In this document: one piece after another, positions 43,578 to 56,800 of the stretch | Numbering within the stretch: position 1 is the first letter of the stretch | Layout of the letters: every line of letters starts with the position of its first letter | Assembly (NCBI GenBank): GCA_040285855.1 | Contig: JAUFOQ010000016.1 | Coordinates: 868,001 to 932,000, forward strand | Source of the DNA: Eukaryota sp. GEM-RC1 | Taxonomy: Eukaryota | DNA length: 64,000 nt | Reading direction: 5' to 3' | Notes under the pieces: generated by a model | What the model saw: only the letters and a program-made list of their open reading frames with translations | Databases searched by the model: none | Told to the model about the DNA's origin: nothing | Made by a program: the position numbers and the translations under genes

Positions 43578-44075
43578 ATGGTTCTGTATAACCGTATAAT
43601 CCTCTTAAGCATATATTCTTCTTTTAATCCGTTAACAGCTGCTGAAAACTTCAAACACTCCAAGTATGACTCTCAAGTTAAAGAATTAAATCGAAACTCA
43701 TATTCCAAATTTGTGTTTCAACCTTTTGCTGTTTCTCTTTTTGGATCGATTAGTCCTGCTGGTGATCAATTTTTCAAGGATTTCGAAGAACTGTGTAAAG
43801 AAAAGAAGCGTAAGTTTAGAATGGCTGAATGGAAAAACCGTATAGTGTTTTCCATATATCGGAATAGGCCTTTCTATTTCTCTCGGTTAATTGAGAAATT
43901 GTACAAGTTTGGTGTGAAGGTTAATGTTGATAAACGTAATATTTTACCGGGTGGTGATGAAGTCGTTTGGATTTAATCTTAGTATTATTTGTTTGTTTTT
44001 GCAATTTCAATTTCATAGTTCCGTAAGAAGGTTACCTTATTGGGTACCGAATAAAGTTTGTTATTTCTTCAGAAC
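43578..44075 (+). mobile_element. 3' fragment of an RLE-type non-LTR retrotransposon (third family)
   Basis: AENFKHSKY..FQPFAVSLFGSIS..WKNRIVFSI followed by aataaa. Lies tail-to-tail with the next element. Confidence 0.75.
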
Positions 44076-45480
44076 AAAAAAAACGGGGTTTATGATCAAT
44101 CAGTGAAAATAATGCATTTGCAGAAAACTTGTTACAAACATCTACTGTAGTAAAATCCATTAATGATTGACTCGATTTTAGCCACGGAGTATGGAGATCC
44201 CCTCTTTTTGATCAGTAAATTCATTTTCTCAAAGGTGATTCAAAACTGGTTCGACTTTAGAGTGAAAACCATGTGCTTTAAACATGGAATACCAAGAATC
44301 ACGTACACCATCATGAATTACTGCACACGTAGATGAATAAAATTCCGACAATTAAGTAAATGACGAAAAATACCATTAGCTCCACAAGAGCAAACAGAAT
44401 AGTTTAATCAATTTGCTGGCCAAAGAGACAAACGAAGACGCATACTGATCATCCCAGCTTCATCAGATAGATGTAATCCAAACATCTTAGGAATTTGCGA
44501 ATTAAATCCAGAAGGTCCACTATTACAGAGGTCCATTAAAAAAGCAGCGAACTCGGGACTATTAGAATTAGCCAAGCTAATACGATTATTAAAGTCCAAG
44601 AGTTCAAACTCATTTGTCAATTTATTTTGCAGTTTATTTATGTTGCAGACGGTAGAGATGAAATATCTTTTAAAGGAGTGTCCTTTACGTGAGCAGGGAA
44701 CAAAGATTCCCACATTTCAGGAGACAAAGATGATACCAAATTTTTAGCAGATTGAATCCAACGACAATTACTGGAGTTCAACAGATTGATTCCATCCAAG
44801 GGAAACCCTTTCAAAAATTCAAACATACACTTCTTGACATTTCCTAAAAGAGCAGATTTTCTGATGATTTTGGCATGGGTGAAACCTACTCCTGCGAATT
44901 CAGAACAACAAAAAGCATGAAATGGAATCTTAGTCTCATCAATTTCAGCCAAGTTAGAGAGAAAGTTTGTTCTAATAGAATTATATTTCTTGGCAAATGT
45001 TTCAGTAAGGAAATAGTCTAATGAACGTAGAAAATGATTAATTTTCTCGGCAAAACAGACCTGGAGCATAGGAAAAGAAACATGTTTACTCACATCTAAA
45101 GATAATATTTGATTTAGTTTTTCTTCAGTGGTAGTCAATGAACCCTCCAATTCTGATTAAATTTTCCCATAGTTTCCCAAAAATATGCCAAGAAAAAGAA
45201 AACATTGAGTAGAATAATCGATGATAGGACTATTACAAAACCAAGATTAGAAACATTCGAAGACTTAACAACAAGAAAACACTTATCAAAATTAATTGTT
45301 AAACCAATACTCAAAGAAAGTTCAATGAAACGTGAAAAACACTTTTTGAGAACGTCAACTGGAGCGATCAGCGAAGAATCATCAGCATAAGCACAAATTT
45401 TAACAGTTGGAAATTTTGATTGTAAGAATTTAAAAATTTTTTACAGAGCGAGACAAAACAAAAATAACTGGTGAATGAAT
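44076..45480 (-). mobile_element. Degenerate 5'-truncated non-LTR retrotransposon with RT remnant
   Basis: Minus strand reads KICAYADDSSL..IGLTINFDKC (RT YADD at ~45378-45389), KINHFLRS, AGVGFT, MRLRL..CLCG...HLLNC...HDGV. Shares its 3'-terminal ~50 nt with the 30444 and 63549 copies. Confidence 0.8.
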
Positions 45481-46521
45481 CAGGGCTGTCTAAAAATTAA
45501 TTTCCCCGTAAATTAATTTTTAATTTTGGTTCCATAAAATACCGTAAATTGAGACTTATGGAAATTAATTTACGGAACTTGATCATTACGGAAATTAATT
45601 TACGGTTTTAAATTATTACGGAAATTAATTTACGGAACTTGAACATTACGGAAATTAATTTACGGTTTCAGATTATTACGGAAATTAATTTACGGAACTT
45701 GAACATTACGGAAATTAATTTACGGTTTCAGAGTATTACGGAAATTAATTTACGGAACTTGAACATTACGGAAATTAATTTACGGAACGTATTACCAATA
45801 AAATCAATACACATCAAAATCAATCTCAAATATTTAATTGAAGCAGAAATGGATGTGTTTTACAATACAAGCAATGCCGTAAAAGCTGAAAGTCTGTCAA
45901 TCTATCAGATCAGTGGGAAGTCGATTAGTCGTAGATTCAGGAGAGAGTGAAACATGCGTTTGACATTGTGTTTGAAGTTTCTAACATGAAACCCGTTGTG
46001 CTAAGCAGAAAGATCAAGTTTCAAGTGATTACCATCGGATAGCTGCAAGATGAAAGGACACGTTACAGTGTTTGAGCATACGTATTAAGGAAAGTATGGA
46101 AACACAAATCACAAGTTCCAATTTTGTCCAGCTCTGTAGACTAGATAATTATTGTTTGATAGTAAGATGTATTGAAAATTTGGTTATTGAAATTACAGTA
46201 TTCATGCGCCTCCAGGACGTCATTTATGGCTTTCTGATAAATTACGGAAATTAATTTACGGTTTTGAATTGTTACGGAAATTAATTTATGGCTAAATCTT
46301 ATTACGGAAATTAATTTACGGTTTTGAATTGTTACGGAAATTAATTTATGGCTAAATCTTATTACGGAAATTAATTTACGGTTTTGAATTGTTACGGAAA
46401 TTAATTTATGGCTAAATCTTATTACGGAAATTAATTTACGGTTTTGAATTATTACGGAAATTAATTTATGGTTTAGTCTCATCGCAAAATTAATTTACGG
46501 TTCAATTTTTAGACAGCCCTG
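45481..46521. mobile_element. Non-autonomous hAT-like element with 30-bp-period subterminal arrays
   Basis: Perfect 18-bp TIR cagggctgtctaaaaatt and perfect TSD gaatgaat. Arrays of ttacggaaattaattta(c/t)gg at ~45555-45790 and ~46240-46500. Confidence 0.93.
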
Positions 46522-46728
46522 GAATGAATGAATGTTCCAATTTAAAAAAAATCCAAATTAATGTCATTTAATTTCCAGAATTGCTCAAAATTCAATTAAT
46601 GTCAGTGACATTTATTCGAAAGTGACATTCATTAAGGTCAGCGATGTGGTAAATGGATCATAGTCTGTAGGTCCAAACAAGAATTTCAAATCACTCTTTG
46701 CTTAACTCTTTTCTTAAGTCTGCCTGAT

Positions 46729-47259
46729 ATGTTCTACCAGGCTGCTTTCAAATACAATCTTAATCTCCCTCCTCAAGCACTTACAAAAAAGTTACATGAA
46801 ACTCTAGAAAACAGACTACGTGAAGCAATTGAAGGAAAAGTATACAGCACTTACGGATATGTATTGTTACTTCTTAGTCTTGATAATATAGGACAAGGAA
46901 GAGTCATTCCCGGGACAGGTGATGTTGTCTATCCCGTCAACTTTAAGGCGCTTGTCTTTAAGCCATTCAAAAATGAAGTTTTGGATGCAGGAGTCACTGT
47001 GGTCAATGATAATGGCGTCTATGTTCTTGCTGGACCTGTCTCACTTTTCATTGGCAAAAGAAGTCTTCCACCGGGTTTTGTCTATGATCCTTCTACCTCG
47101 CCGCCGGCTTTTGTGTCTGCTGAAAGTGGCACCCGTATTCAGCAAGGAAGTGAATTGCGCTTGCGTATATTGAACACAATCTTCTCCTCGCGTAATGGTG
47201 TTGTTCATTTTAATGCAGTTGGAACTGCCAATCAAAATGGTCTTGGTTTACTTCAGTAA
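46729..47259 (+). CDS. RPB7: RNA polymerase II subunit RPB7
   Basis: IEGKV..YGYVL, IGQGRVIPGTG.V.YPVNFKALVFKPFKNEVLDAGV..V...G...AGP..LFI, YDP...PP.F, IQQGSELRLRI, GLGL. Confidence 0.93.
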   Translation: MFYQAAFKYNLNLPPQALTKKLHETLENRLREAIEGKVYSTYGYVLLLLSLDNIGQGRVIPGTGDVVYPVNFKALVFKPFKNEVLDAGVTVVNDNGVYVLAGPVSLFIGKRSLPPGFVYDPSTSPPAFVSAESGTRIQQGSELRLRILNTIFSSRNGVVHFNAVGTANQNGLGLLQ

Positions 47260-47443
47260 TAGTTTTTTTGGGTTTTGTTTTTCGTCTTTGCGTGTATTAT
47301 GTATTTATTTAAAAACAATTCCGCCTATCGCGGTCTGCTCTTGGCCAATGAGCATTATAGCATTTCGGGACATTCCAGTCTCTTGAGATAAAGTTTGGTT
47401 TGTGTGGGTGCTTTTTCTTCTCTAATCAATTTCTTTTGACCAA

Positions 47444-49488
47444 ATGGTCCTGACTCAACTTCTTTGGTCAATCTTCGTTGTACTTGCATTTTGTCAAACA
47501 GACAAACCCTCTGATCTTCAATTCGCCTGGACCAAAGATACAAATGTCCCGGTTCTATCCCCTTCGAGTATTCTTAAAACTGATACCTCTGCATATAGTA
47601 TATTTGTTTCATCAATAACTGAGTCATTTTTCAGTGTTGATCTTTCATCTGGCCGTGATAATCCAGGATTCCCTCTATCTGTTTATACTTCAATATATTC
47701 TTCTCCAATTTTCAAAGACGTTGACGGAGACGGTGTACTAGACTATCTTGTACCGACAGAATCTGGGCATCTGCTCTACGTAGACTCCACCGGTCACCCA
47801 CTCACATCCTTCATGTCCAGAGTAGCACCCATCCCAGTCAAAATGGAATGGTTTTCACCTATTTCTAAGCCCTCTGACAAAGACAAACCATCCAATGACA
47901 AGTACGATCCAGATGTAGAACCAGACTCAACAATCCCCACAGAAACCTCTCCCAAATCCAAGAAGTCTCACCACTCATTCGACCCTAAAACTCTTCCTCC
48001 AGAAGGACTCTCTTCTTTAGACCTTCTACAGATCAAACAAGCCCCTGGACCTCGTCTGTCCTTCCAACAACAGAACCAGTTAGTCCACAGGTGTGATTTG
48101 TCTAACCCCAACTCTCCAATGTGCGTAGACGTTCCTGCTCACGTCCTTGCTAAGCCTGCTCAGACTTCTTCCTTCATCATTGCCCCTCTCTCATTCTTTT
48201 TTTGATTCCGACTTCTTCGAACATAATCCTTTCTCTGCTCCGATCGATGTGACGAAGTACGTATCTTCAGGACTTGCCAGATTCGAATTAGGTAAGAATC
48301 GAGCTCCTCTCCAATCATGGGTAACTCACTTTGACCTCCACACAGCTGCCGAACAAGCCTCACACATCCTCCTCGAGCCCATTCTCATTGATTTCAAAGG
48401 TGACGGCTCCCTCTCCGTCCCTCACCATCCTCTCTGATGGCTGGGTGTACCTGTTAGATGCTGAGACTGGTGAGACTGTACCAGGGTTTCCAGTTAAACT
48501 TGATGATACTGTTACTTCACAGGTGGCTTTGGTTGATGTTGATGGTGATGATGTGACAGAGATCATTATCGTTGACTCTTCTGGAAGTGTTTATTGTCTT
48601 TCGGGGACTGGTAAGATCGTGTGGAAGGTTGCTTTAACTGCTCATTTGTTTAGAGCCTCTCCTATTGTTTCTAGAGTTGCCGTTGATAATGAAGAGACTG
48701 ATGTGATCTTTATTGGAGGGTCTTCTAAAGTCTTTGCCCTGAGAGCACGTGATGGGTCGATGATTGATGCACTTTCCTATTCGTTAGATACTGTAATCAC
48801 GACTCCACTGACCCCCATAATGACGTCTGATGGTCCAGGAGTTGTTTTTTGTACAGAAGATGGTAATCTACGTGTTTTAAACCCTAGAACCAAGGACATA
48901 TCTTCAATAGAACTTGAGGAGAGAGTTTTAACTCCTGCTCTAGTAGTTGCTGATAAGAAAGTGTTTAAAACTCAAAAGATTGTTGTCGTTTCGATATCAG
49001 GCAAAATCATTTGCTTAGACTACACTCCAATGGGTAGAAACTCTTTTTTAACTGAAAGTTATAATGGTCGTCGTGATCCTACATTTGTTAATTCAATCAA
49101 AATATTGACTAAGAAGGAGGTTTCTGGACGTTTTACTAAGGTTAGGTATATGATTAGAGACTATAGGAATGTTACTAAGTCAAGCGTGGAGAATTCAAAC
49201 AGATATTGTCTGAGTTTTCACTTTGGTGATGATCTTGTATCTCGTAAGTGTCATTCTAAACCAGGAATTTACTCTAAAACAGTCAAACTGCCTGGTATTA
49301 TAGGTAAACTGCATCTGACTGTCACAATGAGCTTATCTGATGGTCTGATTACCAGTGATACAACTGTACTTCGAGCAAATACTTTTGTATTGGACGATTT
49401 GAAATATTTCGCATTACTGCCCGTTTTGTTCTTAATTGGAGGAGTTTTATTGTTAAAAGTATCGGGATTTGGTCAATTACCAATATAA
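47444..49488 (+). CDS. Type-I membrane FG-GAP/beta-propeller protein (DEX1-like), split by apparent indels
   Basis: Signal peptide, PGFP motifs, DVDGDG / DFKGDG / DVDGDD calcium-loop repeats, VDVPAHVL and a C-terminal TM helix. One break is at a T run near 48200. Confidence 0.8.
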
Positions 49489-49577
49489 TTATTTTAAAGG
49501 TATTCCATGTACAGTTAAGTTTGAATTACCAATCATCATAAAAGGTCCAGAAAAGCTATTAAATAATTATAAATTGA

Positions 49578-50255
49578 CTAGGCGAAATACTCATTCAATT
49601 GTTTTTCAATAAATTGTTCCTGCTGTGACAAATCTCTCATAGAACTCACAATTTTTAAAATGTTGCATAAAAACACAGTGTGCGCACATTCATCAGCTTT
49701 GATCCAAATTTTCCCATTGATACCTACAGCCACCTCAAACTTTAATCTTGCACCAATGAGCTGTATTATAGAGCTGTTACGGAGAAGTTTCCGACTAAAA
49801 GCAAGAGGAACATCTAGAAGAAACCCTCCTTCAAGATGACCAAAACCCGTCCCTTTACCATCAGCAGACATGCACGACAGTTCTGGTTCAACGTGTTTCC
49901 CGGCTAGAGTTACACGAGCATATATGAGAGAATTGATGGGTATATCTGGTCTGTTCTTCTTTGTGTAGCTTTCGAATTCTGAGAAGGGAAGAGCAGCATA
50001 TTCTATTGTTCCTATATCAACTTTAAAGTTTTCAGCCAGACGATCAACAATAACACCAATAACGAGATCTTGTGCAGATGGCAGATATTTGCCACAATCT
50101 GAGAGAAGTACACAAGCATTCCCTTTGGTGAGAAATTTACCACATTGTTGGGCAACAACTTGGGAATTTTGCAGTGTCAGACCTGAAGAAATGGGAATTG
50201 GAGTTTGGGTGGAAGATATGGATCGAACAGTATCTCCTGGAAGAACGAAGTGCAT
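49578..50255 (-). CDS. RRP40: Exosome complex component RRP40
   Basis: VLPGD, YLP..DLVIGVI, FKVDIG..AAL...FE..TKKNRP, YARV..EPELSC, GFGHLEGG, FEVAVGINGKIWI. Confidence 0.95.
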   Translation of the reverse strand: MHFVLPGDTVRSISSTQTPIPISSGLTLQNSQVVAQQCGKFLTKGNACVLLSDCGKYLPSAQDLVIGVIVDRLAENFKVDIGTIEYAALPFSEFESYTKKNRPDIPINSLIYARVTLAGKHVEPELSCMSADGKGTGFGHLEGGFLLDVPLAFSRKLLRNSSIIQLIGARLKFEVAVGINGKIWIKADECAHTVFLCNILKIVSSMRDLSQQEQFIEKQLNEYFA

Positions 50256-50295
50256 TAGTTTCAAATAATTTTCTTTTCAACTTTCATTACACAAC

Positions 50296-50817
50296 ATGTC
50301 TGAAGAAGTTCCTGAAGTTCCCGACGTCGAAGAGCAACAGCCAGTCACTGAAGTCAAGGTCGTCAGTAATGATGATAAGGAGTTCACTATTTCTGGAGAA
50401 ATAGCCGAGGAATCGGAAACTATCAAGCGTCTCACCTCTGCCAGTCCCAATGAAACAATTTCATTGCCCGAAGTTGCTGGATCGCATTTAAAGAAGTCCA
50501 TCGAGTGGATGGAATGGTCTCATGATATCAAGGAGAAGGAGAAGAAGGATGAGTACATTCCCCTAGCCATCAAGGAGTCATTCAAGGATGATTTTGTCAA
50601 CGTTGACATATATGAACTCGCTGATCTTTTGAAGGCCGCCCATTATCTTGGTATAGAAGATATGAAGGACAACTGTGCCAAAAAATTCGCAGAACATCTG
50701 GAAAAGATGAAGGTGGAGGAAATCCGTGAACTTTTCGGCGAGCCAGACGATCTCTCACCCGAGAAAAAGGCTGAGTTCGAGGAAGAGTACAAAAAGCTGA
50801 TGGCTGATCATCAATAA
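50296..50817 (+). CDS. SKP1-family protein
   Basis: SNDDKEF..A..SETIK, ISLPEV...LKKSIEW, LLKAAHYLGI, EEIRELFGEPDDLSPE. Confidence 0.92.
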   Translation: MSEEVPEVPDVEEQQPVTEVKVVSNDDKEFTISGEIAEESETIKRLTSASPNETISLPEVAGSHLKKSIEWMEWSHDIKEKEKKDEYIPLAIKESFKDDFVNVDIYELADLLKAAHYLGIEDMKDNCAKKFAEHLEKMKVEEIRELFGEPDDLSPEKKAEFEEEYKKLMADHQ

Positions 50818-51281
50818 CTCACTTTTGATTCATATGCGTGTTCTTGTTTGTAAAATGTTTTCGGTTGGGATATAAATACAGTGTTTGATCATGTAATTTG
50901 AACTATATTATTAAGATTGAATCACCGACTGAAATCAGACACAATTGCAATTCAAATCTTTAAAAAATAGATGGTTCAACCTTTAAATTAATGTACATGT
51001 ATTCTCATCAATTTTGTCCGACCGGGTTACAGTAACATTACTAAGCAGTTACACATAAATTACCTGGTAAATTATATGACAATGCTGGGTTATCGACGGT
51101 CCTTGATGCTGATTTCTTCCGCAGGAAGGTTGGTGATGTCATAGCAGCGCTTTGACATTAAAAACACGTGTGAATAAAGAAGTTTTAAGCCCCTGGAAAA
51201 AAATCGAGTCGACACACTACATTTTGTACCAAAAACAGTCCTCAAATTCTTGAACCAATGCTACCAACAGTCTTCTCTCCA

Positions 51282-53002
51282 AATGAATAACGATGTTTCT
51301 TCACATACAACTCCTGCAACTTCTATTGATTTCGATCAACAACGTCTACTTGTTTATGTTAGAATACGACCAACCAATTGTCAGCCTATTGTTTTTTCTA
51401 CTACTAAAGAAATAACACTTAAAGAACCTCCGAAAGCCAATCTCTTTCGTGATAGACGAAGAAAAGACTCGTCGTTTCCATTTCGACCACGTATTTGACA
51501 TGTCAACATCACAGGAATCAGTGTTTCGTACCGGTATACTGCCCCTTGTTCAATTATTTCTACAAGGCTACAATTGCAATGTCCTTCTCTATGGCTCTAC
51601 TTCTTCTGGTAAAACTTACTCAACTATTGGGTCTTTTATCAACCCTAATGAACATGGCATCCTCCTACGATCAGTTGTTCATATCATAGATTCCCTCATC
51701 TCCTCAACCACCTTATCTGCATCCTTTCTCGAACTCTACAATGAGCAATGTTTTGATTTACTCTCTCCTTCATCTGAAGAACTCCCCATTAGAGAGGATC
51801 CTAATGGTCATTCAATTGTGGTTGGTCTATCCTCCCATCCTTTAACTTCTTCTTCTCAAGCTCTACACTTAGTCCGTCAAGCCATTGATCGAAGGAAAAC
51901 CTTTGCTACTAAGAAGAACCCAAACTCGTCCCGTTCTCATTTCCTCTGCACCATTGAACTTTCTTCTTCATCCCTTCATTCCTACATTAGGTTTGCTGAT
52001 CTTGCTGGCAGTGAACGTGCTGCTGATACCGAGAACGTTGGGCAGCGTATGATTGAAGGAGCTAACATCAACAAATCTCTCCTTGCTTTAGGTTCTATCA
52101 TCAACAAACTTTCTAATAGATCTGCGACTTCTACTGTCCACATTCCCTTTAGATCCTCTAAACTAACGCGTATTCTCAAGGCTGCTTTCATTGGGAACTC
52201 TAAAACAGTTCTTCTATCCAATATCACTTCTTCAATTAACTCTTTTGAAGAGACTTTAAACACTTTAAATTACTCAGTTAGGGCTCTAGGAATTGACTCA
52301 ACAGCCAGGGTTAATGACGTCACACTCAATAAGCTTGAGGTAGTTCACTATGAGAAAATGGTAGAGAAACTCCAAGATGAGTTGAGGAATGAAGCTGGGA
52401 AGAGGAAGGAAGCGGACTTTCTGAGGGTGCAAGAGCTGCAGATAAGGGATGAGGTGATCCTGAGTGCTATGAAGGTGTTGAAGGTCATGAGTGTGGATGG
52501 AATAGAGATACCAGAAAGTGTTACAGGAAGGGGGTATAGAGTGTGGTTGTTTAAAATATTAAAATTATTAAATTCCTTACAGAAAACAGAGCTGAGTGCC
52601 TTTAGACCTCCTTCGTCTCCTACCAGAACTCCATCAACTTTAGATTTAGTCATTGGAAACGACGAGAGCTCTTTGGTAGTTGAGGAAGAAGAAGTGAGGG
52701 TGGAAGATGAGTCAAGTGATGGTGACGGTCAAATTCAATCAGATCACAATCACACCCCCATTCCAGTCCGTTCGTCTTCTATTCTTCCCAAGATACCACC
52801 TTCCAAGCCTGAAACTACGAGTGATGATGATTTCTCAATGCTAGCCATCGTCCCTACAAAGTCGTTCTCTATGGAGTTACCAAAGGAGGGGCAGAAGATT
52901 CCAGCTAAACGTCTGCCAACCTCAATGCTAGTTCGTAATGGCAGAGGATCTAGACCTAGAGGAGTTTTAAGAGGAAGAATGTTTAAGAAGGTGTTCAAGT
53001 AG
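51282..53002 (+). CDS. Kinesin motor protein (one apparent indel near 51460)
   Basis: VYVRIRP, FHFDHVF, GYN..YGSTSSGKTYS, SFLELYNE, NPNSSRSH, DLAGSER, NINKSLLALG, HIPFRSSKLTRIL, ETLNTLNY. Start uncertain. Confidence 0.92.
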
Positions 53003-53801
53003 TTATTGGTTGTCTGGTATTGCTTTTATGTTATCCTGTCTGATCTTTATAAGTAGTTTTTTGAAGTGTCTTTTGGTGAAGTTTTCCTTCGGTTTGACGT
53101 TTGTTCAGTTTCTTTGTTGTATATTATTAGAGTTGATCTTTTTAATGGTTATGTCTTCCATTTTTGATTATGTTAAGTTATTTTGAGTGGAGTTTCTAAA
53201 TCTCCTGATGAATACAATTCTGTATTTTTTAAGGTCTTCGTCGCAAACAAATTGAGTATATCATTTCGGCTGACAAGCACCTCAAGTGTGTCTTTTTTCT
53301 TGAACCCAGATCAATAGTCTCTCCAAGAATGTCAACATCACGATGTGATCCTGAATTCAACAATCACATAAAGGACTTTTTGGTGCAGTTATTGATCTGG
53401 TTCTTACCTAGAAATCATTGCAAACAGCATTGAACACTTGACCACCTTAACAAATGTCGAGGAAACTTTCAACAAGGATACGGGATGTTAATGCAATGTA
53501 CGATCAGTTGATCTCTGCTGTTCATCTCAATAAAGGCGTATCTGATGTGGTATGTATTTCAATGAAAACTAGTCCATCAATCGTGAACCAAAATGCAGAC
53601 ATCCTGTCGAATTTTGACTCCCTGAAACGCATCAGTCACAATACAGACATGTGGTTTTCGACCAAACGATCTCATTGTATAGACATTCGCGCTTAGAACA
53701 GTATCAATAGGTGATCCAAAAATAGATGGAAAATCGACATTGTAATCATTCTGACCTATATTACCCGCTTACATCATTGACTTGAGTAGTGTAATCGCAA
53801 C

Positions 53802-56800
53802 ATGTCTGAGACCTCAGCAAACAGCATGTATGTTTCCCAGGTCTTTTTCAACCTAGAATCAATGTTGTGGGAAATACACAACCAAAAATCCAGTTTGTTA
53901 TCAAACAACTTGTTCAAGTAAACAACCTCACTGTTCGAAATGATCTTCTGAGTGCCGTCAAATGGCTTGTAATCGTCATACAACTTATGGGATTTGTTAC
54001 TAGGAATGTCAACTTCCCAACCATCATTGACCTACAACCGCTATTTAAAACTCTCAGTCTCCCCTTCTACGATGACTTCCTTCCCATCAATAGGTATGTG
54101 TTGTTGACTCTGGCCTCCGTCTTTACGATTGGAATCTTAACCTTGATTCTGCTGCTCTCCTTCACAACTCCCTCCCATCGAGCTTCATTAACTCTAACAA
54201 GAACTTTGAAGATCATTTGCGAGGCTTTCTTGGGTTTGTTGTTCCTCCCAATGCTTTCCCTTCTCATGTCGTTTCTCCCTTGTTCTGTCCCTGTAGATTC
54301 TGAGCTCTCCTTTTCTCCCCGCGTTCCTATCTCTTCTTGTTCTGACTTCTCAGGAATTGTCTTGCGAGCCTTTGTTCTTACAATCGCACTAATTTTAATT
54401 ATTTTAAATTATATGTGGATCTCGACAAATGATGACAATCCCTTTTCTAAACGTCTCTTCTCCTGCTCTCACCCTCGAGCCCATCAACAGCTTCTCTTCT
54501 CTCAAATCCTCTTTCTAACTCTCTTCTTTCTCTTCCACCACAGATATTGGGAGTTCCGCATCATCTACATAGCATGCTCTCTTTACCTGTCCTTCTTCTT
54601 CTATAGAACTCTTCCCTTCTATCGCCAACACGTCAACATCAAGGTGATGGTTGGCTTTGGTTGTTGGACAGGTACCAGTATTGCCTTCTTCATCTACTCC
54701 ATTGTAGCTCAATACACTACCCCTCACGTTGCCTTCAATGCTTCAGTCTTTTATGGCTCAATGTTTGTGTGTGGATCTATTTGGGGGTTTTAACCTGGTT
54801 AAAGACCAAAAAGATCACGTCAGTAGTTCGTCAGATTCAAGAGTCTTTAGTTGAAGCTGGAGCTGTCCTAGAGAGTGGAAAACTTGACCCCACTAGTGAA
54901 ACGTCACAACTTGAAGGGATCGTACCAGATTTCACTTCCTTTTTTGTCTTTGACTGCTACACTAGAGCGCTAGGAACTAAACTCTTGGCTACTCCTTATT
55001 TAGCCGCTGTACATGGGCTCATGGTTAATGGAGAAACTCGATTCATGAACAACATCTTGTTTCTAATTTGTAAGTTGAGATTTGAAGTGTTAGTTTTAAA
55101 AGATCACATTCAAGCTAGTGTTACTATGAACAATATCCGTGATTTAGACATTGACTTGAAATATGATGAACGGTATCTAATTATTAAATATTCTCAACAA
55201 TTAGAAACTCTTCGTCGTGCTCATTCAACAGGAATGTCAATAGACTCTGCCGCTTTCATTCACGTTCAACGTCAGCAGAAGGAGTTGGGAAATCTTCACA
55301 AGAAAACTCTTGAAGGATTATATCAATTTTGGAATATATTAGCTGCTCAGAATGTCGATTTGTCAGTTTTACCCAAAATATTAGAACAAATTCAAAATTC
55401 CAAAAACGGACTTGATAACCTCCTTCATAAGATGCTGCAACAACAAGGAGATCAAAAATATTTGCTTGAAGCTTACGCCAACTTTGCAAAAGATATAGAG
55501 TGTGATGACGACAAAGCCATGGCAATCACCGATCAAATCCAATTACTTTCCTCTTCTGACAGATCCTCAGGGATGGCCTCCTCTGTTGGCTCTAGAAGTA
55601 TCAGTGGAGCACCGTCAAAACCTTTAAAGAAGAAACAGCGTACCATTGGGCTCTTTGCTGGTCATGGAGATGAAGCTCAGCAGAAGAGTGCTATCTACTA
55701 CCTCAAGTTTGCCGTACATGTCGCTCTATTGGTAATGTTAGCTCTATCTGCCCTCTCCTACTACATCTCGTCATCATTCCTCACTCAAACTGATGTTAGA
55801 TTTGCTGATCTCTTTGATGGCACTCACACTCATATTGTCGGCCAGTTGTTAGGTTCTTATGCAATGGAGTCTTTGTTACCCTATCAAACAATGGATTCGA
55901 GGAAGAACTTGGGTTTTAAGATACTACTCCAAGCTGAACATCTTTCGTTTCACTTACAACGACTGACTCTCTACGACACTCCTTCGTCTAATGCCTCTGT
56001 TTGTCCAACCGTCCCTTCCTTCTTCCCTCCCACACAACAGATGTTCACTCATTTGACTCTGCCAAGGTTTGCTTCGTTTACTGTCCATGACTTCGTACCT
56101 CTGCAAGAGTCAGCTGAAATTGAATCATTTTGGACTTTAGGGTTACGACATTCACATTTTAGTTCTGTTTTGGCACGCAGAATTATGGCCGAAAATTTGG
56201 TTGTCCCTATAGCCTTGGTCAATACCTTTTCTTCTTCCTTGTACACCGTCTATTCTTCTGTTAATAGATTTTATGACTATTTAATTAGTTTATCGGAAGC
56301 CAGTTTACTCATGTCTATATTCTTCCAAATAATTTCTGCTGCGACTATATTCTTAATTATTATTGTTATGGCGTTTGCTCTATTTGCGAGATCACTTAAC
56401 AAAATTTCTGAAGAACGACAGGTTATTTTAAATTTGTTCTTACATATCCCCAAAACTGAAGTTTTCACTATTCTTAAAGACCCTAAGTTTGACTTTTTAA
56501 GAAAACGGTCAAAAAGACTAGATCTGTCGACCCCGAGTTGATGGTCGACCACTCAACTGATGATGAGCTCTCTGATTACGTTGTTTCTCCAAAAGTCAAT
56601 GACACTGTCTTTTTGACCTATCTTCAGAGGAACAAAAACAAGATAGCGAAGAAGCCAAACCCCAAAAAGTACCTCACTCTGAAGGTGTTAAACTAAAGTC
56701 TAATATTATCTTGATATTTTCAATCATCACGTGTATTGGCCTGTTGTCCTTTTCTCTTTTCTTTGTATTGTTTATTGATCAACGAGTTGATGAAATCTAT

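Noticed and set aside
45555..46500. Regular ~20-bp repeats with ~10-bp spacers resembling a CRISPR array
   Set aside because: The spacers are very short and themselves repeat alternately. The arrays lie just inside 18-bp TIRs with an 8-bp TSD, so they are hAT subterminal repeats. No cas genes are present.
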